A program made the position numbers and the translations under genes. Shown here piece after piece: positions 54,590 through 64,000 of a stretch of 64,000 nucleotides of DNA. Source of the stretch: Klebsormidium nitens (Eukaryota > Plantae > Klebsormidiophyceae); the NCBI GenBank assembly GCA_000708835.1, contig DF237122.1:96850-160849 (forward strand), in the 5' to 3' direction. Numbering within the stretch: position 1 is the first letter of the stretch; every line of letters begins with the position of its first letter. The notes under the pieces are model-generated. The model saw only the letters and a list, made by a program, of their open reading frames with translations. It made no database searches and was not told where the DNA came from.

Positions 54590-57502
54590 GGAGTTGTGTC
54601 AACAGGGGGTAAAGGGGAGGAGGGCGACTGTGATTTGGCGGGTTACATCTGTGGGCAGGAGCGGCAAGTTTGAGCGGCAAGTTTGACGGCGTCATAGCAG
54701 GCAGTTGTCAGTTTTGGAACGGGAAGCCATCTCGTGGGAAAAGCATGTGCGGTGCGATCTCAGCTTCGAGGAGTCGCAGGCAGGACTGTGATGTTGCATG
54801 CAGTCCTCGTCAAATGAGTGGACAGCTCGATGCGGGTCACCAAGTCGGAACCTCCAACTCTTACAGCGTATCTTATCGAACAAGGCGCGGCTCTTGTGAT
54901 TGCCTCCCGAGAACCGGGTCTCATCTGTCTAGAAATTGGACGATTTGGAATCTGATATCTAGCGTAGCATGGAGATTGTGGATACTTTACCTTGTATTCG
55001 ATTAGCAAGCGCGGCCTAGGTTTAGTAGGTATGGAGAGTCGGACCTGACAAGTCTGTGGTCAAAGTGCTTCCCAGCGTATGTACAATAGATACTAAGCTC
55101 ACACCATTGGAACATGAGACACCTTAATCGAGTTGGGTTTGTCTGCAAGTCCACAATGAGTTATCACTCAGCTCAACCGCGTGCTCTTTTCACAGCTCAG
55201 CTCCATCCCAGCGCGTCTGGAGTGCTCAACCCGAGGGCCGTCTCCAAGTGCCACCAACTGATTTGCATATTAAGGTTTTGTTATCCTCCCTATTCATCTT
55301 GCATTGCCAAGGCTGCATACATATTAATGGAGTTTTTATTGCTGCCTTGATCAAGCATGCCCATCAACTGCTTAAAAAAAGAAGAATCAGTTCTCTGTGT
55401 ATACTGAGATGCCGCAAGTGCACCGTGCAAACAAGTAGTTGGCTGCCACTACTCGATCTTCGACTCAAATGATCACCTTAATTGACCATATATATATGAC
55501 CGAATTTTGTAGCTAGCCTGGTGCACGGCTGGTAGGCAACGTACAGTATAGTTTGGAGGATCCTGTGGCTGACCTGCACGAGCGCTTGCACACAGCGGCC
55601 CGCCGGTTGCTGCCGCAATCGTTTTTTTCTGGGAACCTTTTCTTACTGAACATTCGGGCAGGCGGGTACGGACTTGCTTTAAATAAGAACTCGGAAAAAA
55701 CAAACGAAAAAGGTTGTCACGGGCCAGATTCCAAGTCCGATGATTCACTCTAGTTGTATGAGTATACTTGAACATGGTCAGTCAAGTGCTTTCATATTGC
55801 TCAGTGGCACAATCAGCACCGACCGTATAATCAGGATACTGAGCGCAACTTCTGTACTTGACTTGACAAATGCGCAAAGTATCGAGCTAGGAATGTAACG
55901 TCCGCCCCGGAGAAGGATTAACCGCGTGTTTGTTTCTTTTCGTCTTCCGATGCATGCGTGATGTTGTCCCAACGCCTAGTAACAGTGCACGAAGGTAGCC
56001 CGCGTTCAGCTGAACGCTTTTCGCTCGATCGTCCTTCGTTTATTTGAAGGTTGATTCTGAGCGAGACTCAGCATCCTCATTTTCATCCAATCGCCTCAAG
56101 CCTGCTCGGTACTTCTCCACCTTTGATAGGCTCACATAAAGTTTCACCCTTTCCACCAAGGCGAGCTAAGCTTTCAAAGCGAGGAATCTAATCTAGATTG
56201 GCAGTCTGAATCGCAGGTGATCATGGGGTTAGGTGCACTCCTTCCGTGGTGTTCTTCTCTTCTTCTCTTAGTACGTCCAGTTAGCATCACTTGCTCACGT
56301 CGACCTTTGTACGAACTTGTAACACTATCGTACGTCAACTTGTCTCGATTTCGTTTTGACTAAGGGCTATGTTGACCAAGGGAAGCGCCCGGGGAGATGG
56401 TTGGGGTTGGATTGGGGTTTCGGGTGAATACGGGTCGGAGCATGTCATTTCCTAGTTACGTTTTGTAGTTTTAAGTTCCCCGAGGACATCCCCAAGTCAA
56501 CAAGCCCTTGGTCAACATGAGATTAAGAAGTATCGTACGTCACGCATGCATCTCACTGAGTGTCATACCATGCACCAGTCTCATTCTAAACTTTCAAGTG
56601 CGTCAGATTGCTTAGAAGACTATCTGACTTGACTTCTTCGATTAGATGGACATCTGACGATGTCGAAGTCAGTAGCTCCCCGTGCACTTTGGCGCTTCCA
56701 ATGGCAGATGACCGAGCAGAGGCAAAGCTTCGTACTTTCTTTCGTCGTCCTTGACCCCGTTTCCGGCAATGCGCCCTCGCTTCGTTGGATGGCAATAAGA
56801 TCAACTGGTAAGCGCTGCAAAGCTTCCGCAAAGCTGATTAGCTCCCAGTTCTAGTGCAAGAATCAAGGGGCAGTCTTCTGAATATCTAGGTTGTACTCAT
56901 GCACGTGTATCCTCAGGCCACGAAGCAGGACATCGGGAACTAATGAGCAGGCTTAGCACTCTTGAATCCTGATATGCTTGTCGTAGGAAGAGACGCAACT
57001 GCGGAGACGCAATTGAAGATGCTTAGACTCAAGGTGAGCGTGTTCCTGCCTAGCTTTTTGGGTTAGCAGCTGGTTGAGGCCCGGTTAGGAAAAAACCATG
57101 GAATCTTCCGCGGCAACACCAATCAAGCTCCGCTTGGTTTTCCTTCACCTTTGAAGACCATATTTGATTCTTATTAGCTTGAACAGTAGAAGCAATTAAG
57201 GCAGAAGACTCATCTGCTCAATTGAAGGCCTATTTGCCGACAGATTAGGGGTTTCTCGGGCTGCAAAGCTTCTTGAAAGCCTTGTAAAACTGCAGTCTTG
57301 CAACTTACTTGTATTGTTTCTCGATCAGCAATACGTAGCTACTTTCTGGGGTGAGGCTGGAAAACAACATTTGAGAAGTAATACCTGATCTGTCAGCTTG
57401 AGCTTGGTGAGAACAAATGCGTCTGTAAACAGCAACTGAACTGAAGCACATTCCCATACAGGCTGCAACATCCTATTTCAAACTTCAAAAGCTCAGGTCG
57501 CG

Positions 57503-59290
57503 ATGGAGAAAGTGGTGGCCGAGTACGCCTCAAAGCTCCTCTCCGATGATCCGTGTACCTTGAGCACTGCATACGCAGACCTTAAGAAAGCACAGACTGC
57601 AAAGCCCCCTTGGAGCACCAGCTTTCCTAGGTTGGTTCAAGAGCTAGCAATCTACCAGCAAGGCTCCATCATCAGAAAGCTGCTAAAACAAGTTATCGAT
57701 CAGAGCAGCCCTTCGAGGTTCGTCGAAGGTGCCAATGGCGGTTCTTTCATCATGGGGGGCCTGGAAGAATCCGTTGCTCAGAATTCTTTGGTCCTCCTAG
57801 GACTGCTCGCAGCAAGCCAGACGGTTGCGCTGTTCAGTCTAAGAGACGAGGGTGTTGCTGAGAAACTTCTTCGCCGCTTGATGTGGAACTTACCAAGGCA
57901 AGATAGCTCTCCAAGGACCGTAGCCGATCAGAATCCGCCTCCGCTTTGTATTCTTCGCTCCCTTGAAGGAATAGTGAGCTACGCAAGAGCTTCCGAGAGG
58001 TTTCGTCAGGTCATGAGAGATGAGGAGGGACTTCTCCCCGCGGTCCAGTCCCTTTTCGAGGACGAGAACATCAAGCACATTTGCGAAAACGTCAACGTCT
58101 ACGCGGCTGTCAGACATGGCGTCATCGACCTGATTTTGAGCCTCACTTTGGCCAAGGACAGCCAAGAGTGGATGATTGACAAGGGTTTCTTGACGCTCCT
58201 GGCAAGCATCTGTGCGACTGATAGATACGATATGGAGGAGATACCTGCAACAATGTCTTGCGCTACCGTCCTCTGGCGCCTGTGTGACTCCCCCACCCTG
58301 TCCAGAAAGATCAAGGAGGCAGGCGAGCTGTCCTCAATTCTCGAACCTTACTCACGCTTGCTGAACTCAAAGCTTAGAGGGGTTTGGGACGTCTTCCAAG
58401 AAACAATGAGGCGCAGGTCTGGAAAAGCTTCCAAGGTCAAAGCAGCTTCGGTGAGGGAGATTTGGAAGTATAATGCATCGAAGTTCATCGGCATAGCGGC
58501 AGTCTGTTCTTGGGAAGGCTGCTCGGAGGGGTTGGACCTGAGCCTCGCCGCCTTTGGGCTGGACCTAGAGGGACTGAAGAAGATCAAAAAGCTCAGCAGA
58601 TGCGGCCGCTGCGGCATGGCCTACTACTGCAGGTAAGTGAGACAAGCGTCGCTACAAAAGGCTGGAGGAGATTGGGAAAAGAAGAAAGCGTTTTGCCTTT
58701 TCCCTTACATCCGAATCCCGTCGGATACCCTTTGCCAATCCTTGAACTCCACACGAGGCCTGTGGACGGAGTCGGGACGTGTCAGATCTGTCCGAGATGT
58801 TCGAAGGAGCCCGAATTAATGCCAGCCGACCTGCCAGTCATGTTTCCAAGCCATTTTCTTCTCGAACCAGACCTATGCAGGGACTGGGTGGTTTGCTACA
58901 TTTGCATACCGTCTGACTTTCCTACGGGAAAATCAGCCGATATGATTTCTTATGCGAGGTTATTGCTTGCCGTTTTGAGCTTGTGAAGCCTCAAAACACA
59001 AGGTGACCGTCGCAAGTAGACTATGTAATTGTCGAACATTAACACAGAGCTTGACGACCATGCAATCTTTGACAGCGGAACTTCTGAGTAGTGGTCTCCA
59101 AACTGGTTTGTCATCTCTTGGTTTATCAGTCTCTACAATCAAAGTGGCTATTTTGGGACAACCTGTCAGAGTCATCCGGTTGAATGCATTCGATGTCATC
59201 ACACGTCTTTCATTTGTAAGCAGTAAAGACCACCAGAAGCTCCACTGGGTGACGCACAAGAAGGACTGCTTCGATGCCACGGCGAATTGA
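57503..59290 (+). CDS. MYND-type zinc finger protein with a helical (ARM-like) N-terminal region (exons 57503-58632, 59224-59290)
   Basis: The spliced C-terminus reads CSWEGC...RCGRCGMAYYCS|KDHQKLHWVTHKKDC, a MYND signature. The upstream 330 aa are Leu-rich and predicted helical by inspection. Confidence 0.85.
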
Positions 59291-60623
59291 GGGCCGAACA
59301 GATTTTGCTTTCAACTTCGAGGGCCTCAGGAAATTCAGGAATTTTAAGACGCTGAGATAGGGTCACACCGAACGAGTGTAAGGATGACAAGGACAAGGCT
59401 GGCAACGGAGGGAGTGCGCACTGCTAATATAGATAGCGACTATGGAATCATGGACGTGCTGACCGGTGGGGGTACGTCTTCCATTTGACCGCAGGCTGTT
59501 CCAGTATAGTTACTCTTTTGGCGGTGCTTGCAAAGGGGCTAGAGGCTCGCGTACAACCTGGATTCTCTAAACTGCATAATCGGAGTCGTCCTGTTCTTCT
59601 CTCTAGTGGTGTCCCAAGCTATACTCCTGCTCTCTATGATTGTCGATCCGCCCGCCATGCGGCAACCTTTAGGTTGGCATGTCTGTGGGCAATTTCATAC
59701 TGGTCTCTCGTTCTCTGTGTATGTGCTCGGATGGAGTAGGATCGAGCGGTGTACGTTGTTCCGTGCACTAGCTACTAGACGCAGAAGGCATGTACGATCA
59801 CGTGAGTGAAGGTTACATGATGCATTTGCATAGTCAAGTTTAGATGGACGGATGCACTGTACCGCGCGGAGACGTGCACATGGGCGCATCTGCAGCATCG
59901 TGTCAAATATGCTGTTAATTTGGTCTGATACATCAACAGTATTCAATTTATAGCATGCGTGCAATTCAACCGACTTTGCGTGGCAGCTGTGGGCGGCGGG
60001 ATCTCATCTTTTTTTATATATAGCTGCAATTTGATCCACGGTGGGTACATTGCATGTGTTCTGCTATCGAGCAGCTGCGGCTAGGATCGTCACGTGCATG
60101 GGATTCATTTCATGCGAGTATAATTGCAGGCACAAGCTGAGCTTTCATGCAGCAGTGCAGCTAGCCAGTATTGCACCTGAATATGGAACGTTCCTAGCTG
60201 GCCCGCTGCAATTGACTCATCGTACACACTGAGACAGGCACGTAACTTGTCAATCCAACATACATACGGACTTAATCATTCGTATCATTGTCCCGAAAGG
60301 TTCAATAGATTGCAAGTGTCGAAGCACTGTACTCGACGATTATAACGACAGTTGCAAATCCGGGCATTGATCAAAGCCAATCTACGGTAGCTTGCCGCCT
60401 ACCAACTACTTAGAAACTACAGTTTGGCCCCCATTTCCGGGCCGTGGGTCACCAATCTTGCCGCGCATTTGCAGGTGGTAGATTTCAAACGGTGTGTATG
60501 CGATTCGGATGCTGAGGTAGCACAAAATCAGTCCGCTCAAAGCGCTGCAGTCGACGAAAAAAGTTGTTCTATACAGGACTGAGAAAGCACACTCACAAGG
60601 ACTCGTTCTCAAATTCAAAAAGA

Positions 60624-63597
60624 CTACTGTGCAGGGCCGTGCAAGTCAACCTTCCGGTCTACCAACGAATTCTTGTAGGCCTCCCACATTGCCTTTTCTT
60701 CAACGAAGCGCTCGGGGACTTCGACGTTCTTGACCAAGGACTCTGCATCGAGCGCACTGAGCATCTTGAGCGGGTCTTTACTGTCCACCGCAGCGTCAAC
60801 CTTTTCGCCCGCAGAGCTTGGGCCATGGGCGGTGCGCTCGCTTGTTGGAACTCCGTTTCCTGGCGCCGACGCTTCAGCAGACCATGGATCCGGAGAAGAC
60901 CCAACTTTTGTCGGTGCGGGCCTAACCCCTGATTGCACAGCATTCAGTGACGTACCCTCGTGCCTCGCCGGCCCCTTCTCCGTCGATGCTCCCCTTTCTC
61001 TGAATGCTTCCCCTCTAGTGGTGCTCGCCCCGGGGCTACTATTTCGCGGCCTTTTCGCAGCCCCTCCTTTCCGTTTAACGCTCGCCTCTCCATCATGTTC
61101 TCCAACAAACGGCACGCGAATCGACCCTAAGATCTGCCCCGCTTTCGCCTGCACAGCTTTTGCCGGCGTCTCTACAGACCCACTCTTCTCGACGGGGCTG
61201 CCTCTCCCGCCCGGAACGCTGGGTTTCGGCCCTAAGTCGTTCGTTTTCTGCTTGTTCGCACCCATGAACCGCCGCTGGGCCGAAGCGACCTTTGGCAGCG
61301 CAGCCGCCAGCACGGCAAACTGTTTGGCTTGCTGCGCCTGCAAAATGCGCAATAAGATAAGCAAGTCAGGCATTAGACTGACAGGCTTGTGGATCCGCTT
61401 AGAACCTTGTTGAAGAGGACAGCAAACTGGGTGTTCGAAAGCATACAGTAACATGCTTGGCATCTCCTTGCCATCCCGTCTCTTCGGTGATTCTCGTTAC
61501 AGAGAAACCGCTGGCCGGGTCACGAAGATACAAAGATTTGTGGCGCACACTTCGACCGACAAAATGAGCTTCGCTGGTGCAACTCTTTGCTGTTCGATTG
61601 CTAGATCGAAAGAAGCACCAACCCTGCGAACCGAGCTTCCAGTCGAGCCGAGTCATGACGCTTCACCTGCATGGCCAGCATGATCTCCTGCGCTTCAAAG
61701 AGCCCCTCCTCCAACCGCAGCAGCCGGGCGTTCACCATCGCCAGCTCCGCTTTGGCGGCCTCGATGGAGTCCGTGTTCTAAGGTGCAAAATGGTCAACAG
61801 TCAGCATTGTCAACCGTCAGAAACGAACACAGTAAGCCCGGTGTTTTCCTAGAAGATGAGCACTCACTATCGATTCTTGGCAGTACTACCAGCCCAGTAG
61901 GACTTCGGGCTATACTTTGCACGTGCGATGGGTCGGCAGGTTCTACTGGGAGATGAGGGGATTTTTGACCGAGAAGAAGAAACGCACAAAGGGAGGCTGA
62001 AATAGTGCGAAAGGGATGGAAAAAACGTAAGGAAGCTCTGGAGAAAGCATTCAAGGCCAAAAAAAAGTGCGCGGGTTTTCACACCTCACGAATGGGGTCT
62101 CGCAGCGTCCTGCGCGACAACCGGAATCGCACCCCGAGCTTCTCGAGCTGCCGGGCCAGGAAGCGCACAGTCTTGATCCCCGAGTCAAACTCCTCTTCAA
62201 GGCGATGCACGCGCAGTGCCAGGCCGCTGCTGTCGGAGCCCCCGGGGAGCGGACCCCGGGGCGGGGTGAATTGGATGGTTTGCGGGGGCGGGCAGAAGAG
62301 GCTGATGAGGAGGGCGAGGGAGAGAGGGAGGATCTGTATGGGACAACGGGGAAGTTTGGAACTTGAAGATGATGTTAGATGGAAGATCAACCTGTTGAAG
62401 GGGTCTCTTGTCTTTCATCCGTTAGCTTGACAGGTATTCATTTGAAATCATATGTTGGTCAGTTGGCTATATTTGTCAGTTTCCAGTGTGCTCCTTTGTT
62501 TGAAGTGAAAGCTACAAGCGATGTGACAGAAAGGTTGTGTCCAGGGTTTTGCCTGATCACAGTGCCATACTTTAAGATCAGACGCGATGGTCTTCGAGCT
62601 TCTTCCAGCGGCGGAACGGTCAAAGCTTAAGGCTGTCAACAGGTGTTGTGTCCAGGAGATTAGCCTTGGACCCTCCCTGTCCACAAACGAAGCATAAACG
62701 GAGGCCCCTTTGCAGTGCTCGGACTGACTGTAACCATTGAGCAACTCCGCAGCATTGTGTCAAAGTCAGAAACGCATGATTTGCCAAATCGCGGGAGACA
62801 CGGAGCTAACATTCATAATGCATATCATCCTCCATCTGAGTTCCTGAATTATCAGGTGACGAAGGCCTCACCTGCCAAGGGGCCCAGTTCTGTGGTGCCA
62901 AAGGCATTGGTGTCGCAATTCCCACTGTTGCCGTGCTTTCCCTTGTTTGCTGATCTTTCACAGCTATCCTGTATCTTTCCGCTTCCCACAAGCTATAGCC
63001 CGTCACACCAACCGCAGCAGCAATGCACAAACCCCCCAAAACTTGCCAACTCGTGACGGATGCCGGCGTCTGGGGATACAACAGCCCTCCCTTTCCAACT
63101 TCCGCAGCATCAGGGGGCTGCAACCCCTGCCGCTTTAGAAACCGGTCTGTCTCTTCGTCGGTCTTCTCCTGCCAGTAATGCTCTTGTGCATCCCCAAATT
63201 GGTCGTCATTGGACTCTGATGTGCTTGCTTCCGCTCCGCTCTCCTTCCTGACAGGGTCTCCACCTTCTGTCCACACTTGCCCTCCCATCCTGCCGGAAGC
63301 CTCCATCACAATATGCTTCCTGGAAGCACCACCTATCCTTTGAGTCATTGCTTGGAGAGCAACAAAGTTGCCACGGTACTCTCGCAGTATCACGTGCATG
63401 TTTGTGAAAGCAGAAGGCAGCCCGTGAGTGCATTCTCTCTGCTTGCCATGAGCACTAGACCAACTCTCAACAATCGGTTTTGCCGCATGAGGCAAGCGAC
63501 ACAGAACTGATGAACACCGGGATCTCATACCAGGACTAGTAAGCGTGGCTGTTCCTCTGCCTTGCAAAGTACCCGGCGAGCAACATTGGATGGACAT
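60624..63597 (-). CDS. Conserved plant coiled-coil protein of unknown function with one hydrophobic segment (exons about 63597-62872, about 62333-62085, 61777-61667, 61337-60624; 5' junctions uncertain)
   Basis: It contains RVHRLEEEFDSGIKTVRFLARQLEKLGVRFRLSRRTLRDPIRE|NTDS...LLRLEEGLFEAQEIMLAMQ|AQQAKQ, which resembles an uncharacterised land-plant family (RQLEKLG.RFR...L.EPI, LLAMQ) from memory. The hydrophobic segment is WQVLGGLCIAAAVGVTGYSLW. Confidence 0.7.
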
Positions 63598-64000
63598 TTT
63601 GCAACAATTGAGAAGGTTGGCCTCGTGATGCGCAAGATTTGATCCCGCAGACATGCGCTAGCATACGTGCGCCCTCATCGACGCTGTGTGTAAGGATCTC
63701 AAATTGCCTGCTCCATTGATTGCTACTCGAGGGCCGCAGCGAGCCCCTCTGCTGAAGAGCTGCAGGAGCTGCAATCAGCTGCAATCTCTCCGTTTGCATA
63801 GGTTCCTCAAAATTGACCTAAAATCTGCATTTAATTGGCACTGATGTCAACAGCAATGTGTTCTGACGAACTTCCATTCAATGTTCCTCAACTCACAAGA
63901 AACTGGATTTAGGTATGTTTTGCGCACTTGATCGGAATACGTACCTACCTATAGCGCGCACAGGCTACCTATAGCTATAAAAGGATAGCCATATGCATAT

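Noticed and set aside
54661-54686. 13-bp tandem duplication GCGGCAAGTTTGA x2, and ATGAGTTGC x2 near 48940
   Set aside because: These are ordinary short slippage repeats in UTR or intergenic DNA.
60730-61413. 227-aa plus-strand ORF, and similar long ORFs at 32712-33389, 5919-6392 and 43309-43722
   Set aside because: They lie antisense to GC-rich exons of identified genes and have no recognisable motifs, so they are expected shadow ORFs.

Overview
This is eukaryotic, intron-rich nuclear DNA with land-plant-type gene content and GT-AG introns often ending in (G/C)GCAG. It is most consistent with a streptophyte alga such as Klebsormidium; that assignment is an inference, not verified. I reconstructed 14 protein-coding genes by manual splicing, in order: variant histone H2B (-), DUF493 protein (-), Rab geranylgeranyltransferase alpha (-), divergent alpha-tubulin (+), intronless rhomboid RBL13-like (-), NodH-like sulfotransferase (+), atypical TALE homeobox (+), Abraxas/FAM175-like (-), COR413-IM (+), plastid BCCP (-), FZR/CDH1/CCS52 (+), J-protein with a C2H2-like finger (+), MYND-finger protein (+) and a conserved plant coiled-coil protein (-). 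I found no rRNA, tRNA, CRISPR array or transposase. The main unexplained signal is that five splice junctions in four unrelated genes are repeated as degenerate tandem 'echo' copies running from the junction into the intron. In the two longest exon-derived arrays the copies decay with distance from the exon. Several echoes form AG|GT sites that could act as recursive splice sites or as poison acceptors/donors. Other notable items are an alpha-tubulin lacking K40 and three residues of helix H12, a TALE homeodomain lacking Asn51/Phe49, an Arg-rich H2B variant, a candidate 12-nt microexon and a hairpin cluster in a tubulin intron.
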